Below, piece by piece: positions 51,740 to 64,000 of a stretch of 64,000 nt of DNA (positions are counted from its first letter, which is position 1; every line of letters starts with the position of its first letter). Source of the stretch: Camelus ferus (lineage: Eukaryota); the NCBI RefSeq assembly GCF_009834535.1, contig NC_045697.1, positions 100,938,001-101,002,000 on the forward strand, read 5' to 3'. A program made the translations under genes and the position numbers. The notes under the pieces are model-generated. The model did no database searches and was not told the DNA's origin. It saw only the letters and a program-made list of their open reading frames with translations.

Positions 51740-52270
51740 AACAACAATAATAGTTTTGATATACTGAGTGTCTACTCTGTAATATGATTCTTTACAGAAT
51801 TGGTAAGAGTGGTTTCTGCACATGAAAGGCCTATGTATGTATGTATGCACCAGGCATTTTTCATCAACAGCTCATTTTAAACCTCAAAATAACCATCTGT
51901 ACTTATTATTTAATCCCTTCTTTACAGTCGAGGAAACTGAAGGTTAGAATACTTAATGTAAAGTGTGCCACAGCACACAGCTATTAAGTGGAGTTGGGGA
52001 GCCAGGTTTCAACCCCAGAGGTACACTTACACAAACACACACCAAATCCCATAGTCATAAGTGCTAAAGTCTCCTGATTGTTCAGTTAATTACTACAGTA
52101 GTCCTGCAGGATAAATGATAAAGTTATTATCTAAAAAGTTAAAAAAAAAGAAAATTGAGATATTAAGTAATTTTCTATAAATTATAAGTATGTATCAAAT
52201 GGCAAATACAGAGGTTTCAAACTCGGATTGATAATTATTCCAATGCTGTGTTTTTATCATCACAACACAC
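51740..52270 (-). mobile_element. MIR fragments
   Basis: tttacagtcgaggaaactgaaggttaga...cacacagctattaagtggag; second core gaaaattgagatattaagtaattt. Confidence 0.6.
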
Positions 52271-54531
52271 ACTCTTACCTATTTTATCCATTTGAAATAA
52301 AGAATCTTGGCACAATAGCCGAATATGTTTCTGAATGAGCTTTTCCTTATTTGTTCCTGTGGGGATACTGTAATAACCAAAGATCAAAATAAAACACATA
52401 TTTCTACTGCCAGCTTGGTGATGCTAAGCGCTCTACAGGATCTCTCATTAAATGATACCAAGAATCCATAATGAGGAACTTAACGGCACATAGCATCTGC
52501 CCTCAATACTGGGAGTTGGAAAGGCAAATGCATTTTCCATGATAAATAAAATACTGCATGGTATTCCAACTGTGCATCAACATTGCATGAAGAAAAATGA
52601 ACAGAAGAAATAACACTAATCAGGTATGAGTCAACAGTGGAGTCCTGATGTGATATTTTTTATGCATCAGTTTTTGGATCTTGAGGACTTAAGATTTTCC
52701 TCAGAGAAAGCAAGCAAGAGAGACAGAAGAAGCACAAAGAGAAACCAAGTAGGAGAGACAACATTATAAAAACAGCCATGAAAGTCATCGGTTTGAGGTT
52801 CATTCGATCTATATGAGATCTAAATACAATAGCTGGCTCCCTATCACTTTTCCCACTAGTCAATGTTTCTTTAAGGTCAGTAAAGATTTTCAGTGTGTCT
52901 TTATTTTATCTAAGTATGCAAATATCAACAGATGACTCAAAAGTCATTGCTTCAGCCAGGCCACAATAAATAAGGTGTAAGATGAGGTTGGAAACATAGG
53001 TAGACAGGAGCCCTTGCTTGCCCGTAGGCTGTGCAAAGGGGGAACCTTGTCTGGTGATAAAAAAATTTTGGAAAAAAAGTACATAAATTATATTTGAGAA
53101 TGTCATCAAACCACGTTAAGTGGACAGGCTGACTCTCTACGTTGTAAAATCCTACCGTATATCTTTCTGCATAGTGAGGACATTTTTGAAGTAGAATTTA
53201 TCTGAATATACCCTAGTTCTAGTTTATAATTTCTAATATATACTTTGAACACTTCTAAAATGGCACTTGTAGCATAATCAGCTTGAAATATAATGAATAT
53301 TTTTTAATGTAATAGTCAAAAAATGCTTTAAGATAAGGTGCAAGGTTAGAAAATTGAGTATCTTCTGCATTTCTCTTAAACTAGGTACAGTGTTAGAAAA
53401 CCAATTTAACAGTATATGATAATATTTAAGTAAGCATGTAGAACATGTCTCTAAAATGGTACTCAGTGCGGCAAGTAAGCTTTCAACCTGGGATTTCAAT
53501 GTATCTTACTGACCATCTTTTGAATATATAAGAATATACTATGCTCAAGAAATAGATTTAAGATATAGATAGATACAACTTTCACAGTCTGTAACAGAGC
53601 TCTAAAAATAAATACAGAATATTTGAAATATATAACACTGAACAAAAGTGTCTGTCTTCACTGACATAACATTTTATCACTATGAATTTAGTATATGTAC
53701 AATGGTTACAAACACAAATCATCTAAGACAAATTATGTACATTCTCTCAAAGAAATGTTTAGAAAACTTTTAGAGTTTGTGTGTCCCAAAATCCTATCAC
53801 ATTTTCCCTACTAAAGTATTTGGTTCATATTTTTAATATTTTATTTACAAGACTGTTCTTCTGCATGACACACACAAATTTTTTTATGTCTTATAAAATC
53901 TAAGAACTCCTTAAAGTTAACTGTTACAAAATATTCTTATTCTTTCTTCTTAGACTCCCAAAATTATATGCCAGAAAATTTCTCTCCTTCCCCACCTTTG
54001 GGACCAAGGAAGAAAAACAGGTATAGGGAAGAAATGAAGGATATTAATCAAACTAATTTTTTCCTGGGGTGTTTTATGGACCATGGAGTTCATTTTCACT
54101 GAAATATGAAAGTTCATTTCTTTAAAACTTTTTGTGCCATAATAGGTTTCCATCATTTTATAAGGTAGAAAAGTATACTTTTTTGATAAAGCCAAACACA
54201 CTATGGCTTCCCAAAGTCTCCCATTTAAACATATGTTTGCATATGGTCATTTATTACCGTGTGTAGAGCTGTCATGAAGCTTCAACTCCACAAGTTCCAT
54301 CATTTTATCAATTAACTAATATTTCAATGTAGATAAGGACAGCTAACCTCTGAAGTAGTGCAAAATCTGAAGAAAACACTCAACATAAACAAAGTATGTA
54401 GCAACACGAAAACAAGCTATAAAAATTGTATAGGTGGTAGTTTGGCGAGACCTACATAACTTGTCTGTGTGCAACCCAAGCCGAAAGAAGTTAAAGCTTG
54501 AGGCATTATTAAAACAGGAAGATGCATATAA

Positions 54532-54565
54532 GCGCATGCACGCGCGCGCGCACACACACACACAT
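54532..54565. repeat. Alternating purine-pyrimidine (GC)n(AC)n compound microsatellite
   Basis: gcgcatgcacgcgcgcgcgcacacacacacacat. Confidence 0.9.
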
Positions 54566-57500
54566 CCCTTGATGTATTTCGCATCTCTGAGCCATCTTCA
54601 ACATATCTCTCTCCTTCCCTTTCCATTATACTTACTCCATAATAACCCAGTTACCGTTCTAAATCCACCATCCAGAAATAATCATTGCTAGTGTTAGTGT
54701 GCATATTACTAATAGTTTAGTGTATTTCTAGTCTATTTTCCTTCTAGAAATTAAACATGATACAGGGTGGGAGAGTCATGGGACCAAAACTCTGCTTCCC
54801 ATTGAGAGGCTCATGAAGATTAAGAGTAGATGTAGAACATAAAGACACAATATTTCTTCTGGGTGGTGGGTTTAGAGTGATTTTCCTTTTTCTTTTTTAT
54901 ATTTTGTGTATTTTCACTGTTTTCTATAGTGAGCATATATCATTTTTCTAGAAAAAAAATTCACCATACATTTTATATATTTGTAAAATATGGCTCCAGG
55001 AGCAAAGAATCAGAAAACTGCTAAGCACAATATAAGCCTTTCTTCACAGCAGTAAACATAAATTGATTTCTAGGATTTCCTGCTTGTGATTATTTTGGAC
55101 CTAAACTATAATATAAAATTCAAACTGTAGTACTGTGAAAACACCTCACAGCCAATGCAAAAGCTGTTATGTACCTGAACTTGAACGCAGAAGGTATTTA
55201 ATGCTTAGGTCAATCAAAAGGAGCCCCCAAAGAATTTAAATGCTATCAAAGCCCTAAGACTTTGTGTGTGTACAACCTCAAATGTAATATAAGTAGTTCC
55301 CATTGAGTCTAATGTCATGTAAACTAAGAGACTAAGAGACTAACAGCCTAACAGCAAGAGAATTGTTAGATGGCAGCTGCAGTCAAGGACAGACACCGTG
55401 TATAAGTGATGGAAAATAACTGCTGCATCGTTATGTACCTGCCAACATACACACTCCACGGCTGAGAAGGATAACATTTTCCTCATTTATACATAAAGGT
55501 ATCCGTTATGCAAAGAGGCAAAACTATGCACACATGTGGTCCCTGCAAGAGGCTCATGCTAACTTACTCTTAAGTGCGTATCAAACCCAGATGTGATAAA
55601 ATTAGTAATACGCTCAAATGTGTAAGTGGAATTTCATTCTTACCGAGTTAAAAAATGAAACACTAGTAATAATTTGTCTTTCAGATACAATTGTGATTAT
55701 AAGCACATCTCATATTTCCTTAGTTCCCTTCCTTAACTGCTGTTTTCTTTCACAATTAAATCCATAGTCAAATTTAGGAAATCTTTATCTGTGAGTTTAT
55801 GAGGCTGAGATCAATCACAGCAGTCTTTTCAGTTTTCCACTTTCCACTCCCTTGGTAAGGGAGAAGTTATGTAACAAAATATTCAGATAATTCCCTAAAC
55901 ACTCCTACAGAGAAATGGTAACACATCAACTCAGAGAAGTTGACTGCATTTGGTCACCAGCTTAAGTAGAAAAGTTTACATCTAGGCTGAAAAGGGAGAT
56001 TAAAAGGGTCAATGTATCATGAAAGTGTAGGATTTCCAAAATCCAGACTTCACACAAGTCAAGGACTGATCATGTTTGCAAATTCATCATCTTGGTAATT
56101 AAGAGGGGACAGCTCGCTTTTGTAAACTATTTTGTAAAGTATTTACTATTTAGTGCTTTAAGAAAAAGTTAAAAAAAAAAAAAAAAGAAAAAGTTTTTGT
56201 GAATCCTGATATACGGCTAAGTTCATACTGTATTTACTGACATTCCTAAAAAAGAAAAGAAAAGAAAGAAAATATTGTACATCTGTATCTCTGTCTGCCT
56301 GCCTGTCTAGCTGGCTGTCTGTCTCTCTCTCTATCCACCCATAACTGTCTCCATCTGTCCACAGGTTCTACACAGAACAAAATATAAAAAGGGACTTACT
56401 GACAACTTATATTTGCTCCTCATTTACTTACTGCTCTTCACCAACTAAAATGATACAATTTAGTTAATATTTCTTTCAAAGATTCAGAAAATAGTTGTTT
56501 TGGTTCCTTAGCAATGTAAATGACCATGATATAAAGTTGCCCTGGCAACTTCTTTTTTTCTTCTGGAGGAAAAAACGGCAAGCTTTAAAAAAAATTAATA
56601 ATAATTAATTAACAATTAAAATAATTGATAATAATTCCCTCAGGATAGATTTCCAAGCGTGCAAATGAAGTATTTTGCCCTCTTTGCAAGTACTGAAAGA
56701 CAAATAGCACTACAGCACCCACAGTCTTCATCAAACAAGGTGAGAAAATCTATTGAAATTGTGCTGTTGGGAGGAAGGCTGAGGCGAGTAACATACTTTC
56801 TGGGATCTGCATAAGATGAGGGGTAAAAGAGGCTGAGAAAAGAACTTCAGAGTAAAGCTCTGTCTAGGCTGGAGTTTCCCCCCAATCAACAAAAATGTTT
56901 CAAGTCCTTTTGCAGAAGGATGTCCCATTCTTATATTCTCAATTTAATTTATTATATTATGTTATATCATATTAACTGCATATTATAATATAATTTAATG
57001 ATTACATTATATTAATTTATACTATAATTCTCTTTTTCTCTGTCTGATTTCCCCTAAAATCCAGGTTCTGTTTGTTTTCTTTTATTTTCCCCCCTCACTT
57101 GGACATACAGCATTAGTGCAGTCATTCCTGTCCTAACAAATACTGTCAATACTGCCCTGTCCAGAGTGTGCTCACTGGCTAAGGTCAATATGGCATCCCT
57201 ATGGACCGCAGAGACCACAGGGGTACAATGCTATCAGGTAACTCTTTTTGAGCATATGTTGGAATACCAACTTTTGTACATTTCACACTCTGCTGTATTT
57301 CAGCAATTACAAAATGTTAACTCAAAAATATTTGCCAATCTTCTGAGTTTTAGAGCCCTAACAGTATTTGTAGTATAATGAATGAGGTGTAACAACAGCA
57401 TTTTTAGTCACTAGAGGTTTATAAGGCAGAGAAGCAAATTGTTTCATTAGTCATGGTTCAGAAATATTCTTATCAACAATCAGCTCTCAAATCCTTTTGT

Positions 57501-57744
57501 TGTACTATAGCAACAGATTTAATTTTGTTGTATTAACAATACTGTCCATTCACATAGCATACTTTATCAATCATCTCAAAGAGTTTTTAGAACAACAAAT
57601 ATCTGAAAGTCTTGTTACAGATGAGTAATCCAAAGAAGAATCAAGTAGGAATTTCTTATAGAAATAGTAATCAAAATTAGATGAGGTAAAGACACACAGA
57701 TTATAAGCAAGCTCGAAGTTCAGGTTATTGGCTAGATACCAAGT

Positions 57745-58051
57745 TTACAACAGAAATATAATGCAAGCCATAAATGAGAGTCACACATGTAATTTAAAAG
57801 TTTCTCATAGTCATATGTAAAAAGTACAAAGAAAAATATGTAAAATTAACAATATATTGTATGTAACTTCAATATAGCCAAAATGTTAACATTTCATTAT
57901 GAAATCAGTCTTTTTTTTGTTTGTGTGTGTGCTAAGAATTCAAAATCTGGTATGTATTTTACACTTCCAGAACATCTCAAATTGGATTAATCACATTTCA
58001 AGTGATTAACAGCCATACAGGGCTCATGACCATCATACTGGACAATGCAGG
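57745..58051. mobile_element. MER33 hAT-Charlie element
   Basis: agaaatataatgcaagcca...aaatctggtatgtattttacactt...cacatttcaagtg...ggacaatgcag. Confidence 0.8.
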
Positions 58052-58148
58052 TCTAGACTTTTATGTTATTATCATACTTAAAGAAAAAACACGTTTTATA
58101 GAAAAAAATAAATAATGCAAGAGGCAACCATAAATCATTTTCTCTTAC

Positions 58149-58296
58149 CTACACAAATCTTCTTTGATTTGAAGAGAGATCAATTCCTTAGGAATATGAA
58201 AAGAAAGTATGCTCTCTGACATCTGCTCCCGGATTCGCATCCACTTATTGTCAGATGTGGGAAATCTATATAATTTACACACTGGATTCTTTAACA
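58149..58296 (-). CDS. INPP4B: INPP4B coding exon, 148 nt ([49 protein letters not shown])
   Basis: Acceptor ttttctcttcccag, donor TAG|gtaaga; open frame; the final AG plus the first A of the next exon gives Arg. Missed by the ORF track. Confidence 0.96.
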
Positions 58297-59181
58297 CTGG
58301 GAAGAGAAAAAAATAAAAGTTTGATAGTTAAATTACAAAGATACGCACTTTAGATCAAGATCAATGAACAAAATCATTAATCAGGGTACCGTTCTAATTA
58401 TTGATCTGATCAAAAATTTAAAATCATAATCCATAAGGTATTTGATTTTCTAAGAATTTTACTCTTACATCTTTGTTTCAGTAGGTTCTAGGACATACAG
58501 TCTTCATAAAATTTAAAAAATGATACATTAAACTCCAAATAAAAAATGTGGCTACTGTTCTCTGATTTACCACCTAGTAACTCCTTTCTCTTCTAAAGAT
58601 GTTCTTGAGGCATATGTATTTATAAATATAGATAAAAATATATGAATTTATATATCATACCTACTTTGAAAACATATATTTCTGAATTTCTTCCAATCAC
58701 TGTTAGTCAACTTTACCCACTTATATAGTAGGTGACAATTGATATGTTATATTAGAGGTTTTAAATGACCCTACTACAAAAGTGATTTATTTCTTAAGCG
58801 TCAGAACGGTTCATTCCTTGGCTTAAGATCTACTACAATTCAAATATTATGCATAATTTAGTGCCAATGAATCAATAACATACTTTCCAGAAACCATATA
58901 TTATCAGAGGCTGGGGGGCTATGAACAAACTGAATATTTGGGATGCATGAGCAGTGATTTGGGGAGAAGGAACATGGTCATGTCATCAAGGATTTAAAAG
59001 ATTTAAAGAAAACGTGTTGGGCTAGATATTAAGATAATATTTGATGCTTTTTCTATGAGGCCAGCACTCCCATTGCACTCCCAAGCCCTAAATTTCAGGG
59101 CAGGATTTTATTTCCATAGCTGTTGGGCAATGGATATATTTTGCAATACAGCAAAGCTTAATGGACAACAAAATATCAGGT

Positions 59182-59281
59182 NNNNNNNNNNNNNNNNNNN
59201 NNNNNNNNNNNNNNNNNNNNNNNNNNNNNNNNNNNNNNNNNNNNNNNNNNNNNNNNNNNNNNNNNNNNNNNNNNNNNNNNN
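59182..59281. other. Assembly gap (100 N)
   Basis: Run of exactly 100 N, the usual placeholder for a gap of unknown size. Confidence 0.99.
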
Positions 59282-59749
59282 AAGGGAGGAGGAGAGTGAA
59301 TTTTTAGAGTAAATACATCAGACATAAACAAATAAATGCAAATGAAAAGAAAGCAAACAGATGACAACACAGGAAGTTCGTCTGCCGAGGAGTTCTGTGC
59401 CGAGCATGGAGCGGTCCAGAGACTCCCAGGGCTCAGACTGCCCTCCCCAGGAGGGTGTATCCAATTTGCCTGGGCTACTCCCTAAGTGTCCTCACCATCC
59501 CCCCACTTCCTCTCTTCCTCCTCCAGGGACTGCCCCTCTGTGCCATTCATGGCCACTGAGGTCACTGTTCATAATGGAATATATATGCCCCTGAAGCATT
59601 TGAAGAAAGAAGACAAATAATTTAAAGCATTGATTTAAATGTTACTTCCTGTACCCTCAGAGTCCACCACTCATTCCTCATTCATATCATTCATAACATT
59701 ACTCAGGAAATTTCTTGATGGGGAAAAGAATATGCTTTCATAATTTAAA

Positions 59750-59878
59750 AAAATTTGAGGAGTGGGGAGGGAGGGAGTTAGGTTTATTTGTTTATTCATT
59801 TAGTGGAGGTACTGGGGATTGAATCCAGGACCCTGGGCATGCTAAGCACACACTCTACCACTGAGCTATACCTTCCCC
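59750..59878 (-). mobile_element. Camelid tRNA-derived SINE (vic-1 type)
   Basis: Reverse complement reads GGGGAAGGTATAGCTCAGTGGTAGAGTGTGTGCTTAGCATGCCCAGGGTCCTGGATTCAATCCCCAGTACCTCCA..., clearly homologous to the copy at 38423. Confidence 0.88.
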
Positions 59879-61337
59879 TAATTTTTTAGTGCTTATATTA
59901 GGATCCTAGTTTACGAAAAGAATGAATCACTGCAAGCAGCTCTTAAAATGGAATGTTCTTTAAATTGTTTTCCTGACCAACAGAAGTCAGAGGTAATCCT
60001 TTTTTTTTTTTTTTTTTTATCCACAGCTATTTTGGAAATGCACTTCCCAAATCATGACAGCAATGTGCAATGATGCTTGGACATACTTAAAATTCTTTAT
60101 TTCTCCTATTTCCAATATTTTCTCTACCCCTTTCAGCCTACATAGGGCTGCTAAAGTGATCGTTTGCAAACATTATATTCATCATATCAGTGTTCTGTTC
60201 TAGGATGTATAGTGATTATTAACTGCCTGATCAAATCCAATGAACTCAGACTGGTCTTCAAATTCTTTCATGATTTGTCCCTGACACGCTTCCACATAAT
60301 AACTAGCTATAAGCCATCTCCCTTTCCAAAAGAAGACCATCATCTACGACTTACAGGAATGGTTTAGATTAAACCTTTCTCATGAAGAAGTCCGTAACTC
60401 ACAGAGATCAGGCTACTATCCTGAGAAACGGCTTCCCTATACAGAGGCAACCCTACAACTTCCTGTTCCTAACAAAAGGCCTGTTCTATTTCACCAAATG
60501 GATACAGACATATGACTTTTATGTATTCATATCTCCCATTCACACTGGAAACCTGACATTTAGGGCAATTTTAACCTAATATTCTTATTTTGCAATGTTG
60601 TATTTTACAGCTCTGCTATTCAGAATGCTCTCAAGATTTAAGTCCATGGAACATAAACAGAAAATATCCAATAAATATTTACTAAATTAATTGTTTTCAT
60701 ATTTAGATTCAGTAATTTCTTCAGCTGTTTCCTGAGTGTACCTCTGTGTCTCTTTTTAGATTGAAAGTTTTCAAAACAAGAACCTTAAGTCTTACTTCCT
60801 TAAGCTGTTTTATTTAGTTTAGTTTTTGGGTTTTTTTTATTGACCCTAGAATGCTTTTTACACCGTGCTGGCTGCTACAGAGAATGCAAAGATTAAAATT
60901 ATGTGGAATCGGTGCGTAAGGAGGTTTAGCAATATATATTGTTCATGGCTATTATTATAATGGCTACGCGCAGTGTTACAAACTTATATGGTGTGTGCTT
61001 TCAATGCAAAGACTTTACATTTGTGATTCTGAGCAGGAATAACAAACATCACATGCTTTTTGTACCAGATGTAGCACCATAAGCCTATTGATTTTGATTA
61101 ATACTTTAAAAAGTGTTATTTGATGGTAAATGCAGCCAAGGAGAAAAAACACATAAGATTATGTAAAATTCTCGGAGCTAAATGATTTTGACTATCAGCT
61201 AACATACCAATTTGCCACGCGCTGGACTAGAAAATTAGCCATATCATATGAACAATGCTCATAAGGTTCTGTGTGAATCCATCAAGACCAACACTTCTTG
61301 GCAAAGTGCTTTCACACCTGTTAGTTTATTCCTTAAA

Positions 61338-61703
61338 TCATGGTTCTCAAAGTTTGGTCTGGAGTCTCCTGGAAGTCCTTGATAACTTTTGTCTTTGGAT
61401 CCTTTGTAGCATCTAGCACAGGGTGAAGACAAATTTATTTTCATAATAACACTAAAATATTACCTTTCTGTTTCCCTCTTTCTTTTACAAGTACCTAGTA
61501 GAATTTTCTAGAGGCTATATGACATAATCATGTGACAGCCAAAGGTATGTGTCTTTTGTATTCTGTATTAAACTTTTCTTGTTTGAGTTTCTAATATGAT
61601 AAATGTCTATAGATATCATTCAAATTACCAAAATCTCTAATAAATATCAATAGATAAAATCCACATAAGTATAAATTTTAAGGCTGTAAAATATGAGAAT
61701 TGC
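61338..61703 (+). mobile_element. Charlie1-family non-autonomous hAT element
   Basis: ggttctcaaagtttggtc...tattttcataataacactaa...ttttctagaggctatatgac...tttctaatatgataaat...atccacataa. Confidence 0.7.
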
Positions 61704-61709
61704 TATGCT

Positions 61710-62692
61710 TTTGTTATCTCATTCAGTCTCGTGGTGTAAATACCATCCAAAAATCGTCTGATCACTCACAAACACATAATTCTAGCTTGGATCTCTCGCC
61801 TAAATTCCAGACTCAAACCTCCAACTGCTTAGATACATCTACACTTGGATGTCTAAGAGGAATGTCAAACCTAACATCTGAAAATCTCCTGGCCTCCTCC
61901 ACTTGCTTCTCTCAGTTTTCCTGAGAAAATGGTCATTCTGCTTTTTTTTGACTGTCCTTTCCACCTGGAGTCTGGCTACATGTCACTTTCTTCATCAATA
62001 CCACCCAGATCCAGCTCATCTTCATTTCTATCCTGAATCTTTGCATTAACCAGACTTCATTCTTCTGTCCTTGCCTCCTTTCAGGTCCTGCTCAACACAG
62101 TAGCCAGAAATGGTCCTCTTAAAGCATGAATCAGATTTCACACCTATACTCCAAACACCTCAACTGTCTTTACATGTAGCTCAGGGTCTAATGGCCTTCA
62201 AGGGGGGACACAATCTGTCTTCCTTGCCCCATGAACTTCTGTCCTCAACTCCTACAACTCTCCTCCTTGACCCCTCACTTCCAATCACACTGGCCTCCCT
62301 GCTGTTCCTTCAACACACGCATCCTGCCACCCCAGGACCTCTGCTCTTGCTATTCACTCCACCTACAATTATTGTTCCCCCCAGATAGCCACGTGTCTTG
62401 TTCCCTTATTTCCTGCACATTTCAGCTCAAATATCACATTATCAGTGAATCTATCCTTGACCATACAGTATAAAATGGCCACAGCCCAGCACTCCCTAGT
62501 TCTTGCATCTTGTCTTATTTTTTCCATAGCATAGAGCACCATCTGATCAACAATACATTACTTATCTTTTGTATTGTTTATTTTCCCAGAAGGCGGCATC
62601 TCTGTCTTTTTGGTTCATTGCCAAATACCCAGAACCTAGCAGAATGTCTAGAACATAGAAGGCTGTATTGTTTGATGAATGAATGATGAATA
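61710..62692 (+). mobile_element. L2a-type LINE 3' portion
   Basis: tctacacttggatgtcta; cacactggcctccctgctgttccttcaacac; ends ttgtttgatgaatgaatga. Confidence 0.85.
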
Positions 62693-63479
62693 TTATATGC
62701 CTACCAATATTCTATAAGGTAAGTAAGGCCAGTTATATTTTCAAGTTTGTATTTGGGGAAAGTAAAGGGATGAAACCTTTTGAGATTGGTCCTTAGCTAC
62801 TGGAGGACTCCACCTTTTCCCTGACCATAGCTGATGAAAGTCCACTCAAAACACCACTTTAAAGCATGGGGTCAAAATAAACTGGGAAGGGCAGCAAGTC
62901 ACCAAAATACTAGTTAGGTGAGGTTCACAGTCAAAAGGGGACATATTACTACTCCACTTGTACCATTTTTGCTGCGATCATAAATCAACAAGGCATTTTC
63001 CTGCTTTTTGTAGAAATCACCACCACTTTGGTCCTGAGTACTGTGCCCCCTCAAATACAATGTAGACGTTAAACAAAAGGGGAAGAGAAGGCAGGAGCTG
63101 GTTTAATCAGCCTTATCCAAGGACTGTTAATCCTGCCCCAAGAAGAAGCCAGGCATGTCTGCAGCAGGCAAAGGGCATAATTGGGCTCTCGCACAGCTGG
63201 CCCTGTTGGCTGTTTCTTCCCTGGGTTTTCTCCTATCACCTGGTTTGACGATTCTGTTTCCTAGTTCTCCTTTCCCTGATAGCATTTTTTTTCTTGACTA
63301 CTTACTTCAACGGTATTTTTTTAAAATTTCTTCCTCTTTCCTTCATAATCCTACAACCTTCACTACACCTTTATTCCAGTCTTTATTTACTGACCAATCA
63401 GTCTGCAAGCACTATATGTAGTCCAACATTTCCCCTTCCTGGAAACAATTTTGGATGCAATTTCTTCACAGCAAAATTG

Positions 63480-64000
63480 ACTTCATTTATTCACTCATTC
63501 ATTTTTCTCATGTCAGGCTCTGTCTAGGCACCGAGGGGAAGAGAGAGAACAAAATAGATAAATATTCTCTCATGAAGTTTAATTATAGTAAGGGAAATAA
63601 ACAATATAAGAGATAAATAAATGAAGCAGAGATGATATTGGACAGTGATAAGTACTAAGGACAAAAATAACACAGAGAAGGGAGATAGTTTTAGGGAGGC
63701 CTTGTAATTTTAGATATGGTGGCAGAGAAGGCTTCGGTGAGAAGGTGACATTTCGCATAAAGACCAGAGGAAGTGAAGGAGTGAAGCACAGTTACCTGGG
63801 GAAAACGCTTCACGGGTAGACTGAATAACAAAGTTCAAGTACCCAAGCTGGAAATGTACCTGGACTATTCAAGGAACAGAAAAGAAGACAATGTGGCTGA
63901 GTTGAAATGAGCAAAAAAAAAAGTAGAGGATGAGGTGAAGGAAGTGGGGCCAGGACTTGGAGACTTGAGATTAGGATTGGGTTTACACTTTCAGGGAGAT
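63480..64000 (-). mobile_element. L2 LINE 3' portion
   Basis: tcatttattcactcattcattt...tgtcaggctctgtctaggcac...gagaaggtgacattt. Confidence 0.8.

Larger units (their letters stand above)
1..64000 (-). other. INPP4B: INPP4B gene body, internal part (6 coding exons plus introns); both gene ends lie outside the window
   Basis: Six minus-strand exons splice in phase (1-2, 2-1, 1-1, 1-2, 2-0, 0-0) into a stop-free peptide that I recognise as the central region of mammalian INPP4B. Confidence 0.96.

Noticed and set aside
52660..52863. Small membrane-protein ORF (67 aa, hydrophobic stretch)
   Set aside because: The hydrophobicity comes from a CT-rich low-complexity tract; non-ATG start and no gene structure.
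785..63527. Short ORFs in the six-frame track as independent genes
   Set aside because: They are 60-144 aa, low complexity, and overlap repeats or microsatellites. Only those overlapping INPP4B exons or decayed L1/ERVL coding sequence have a recognisable origin.
1..64000. CRISPR array, operon or other prokaryote-type system
   Set aside because: The DNA is mammalian intron/exon sequence; no regularly spaced repeats or gene clusters were seen.

Overview
Mammalian, AT-rich, repeat-rich genomic DNA, most likely a camelid (alpaca/llama/camel), judged from two copies of a tRNA-derived SINE that I recognise as the camelid vic-1 type. The whole window lies inside the minus-strand gene INPP4B (inositol polyphosphate 4-phosphatase type II). 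Six internal coding exons (148, 131, 105, 109, 178 and 204 nt) have canonical AG/GT ends and compatible phases. They splice into one open frame: ...[291 protein letters not shown]... The start codon, C2 domain and catalytic motif lie outside the window. The introns hold L1, L2, MIR, hAT DNA transposon, ERV/LTR and SINE remnants, microsatellites and a 100-N gap. I found no convincing new multi-gene system. The best second-look items are a tailless 31-nt U6 retrocopy with a target-site duplication, a perfect AGAACAnnnTGTTCT steroid response element beside an exon, and several candidate micro/cryptic exons, one with an overlapping stop-start (ATGA). Repeat family names and boundaries come from visual recall of consensus sequences and are approximate.
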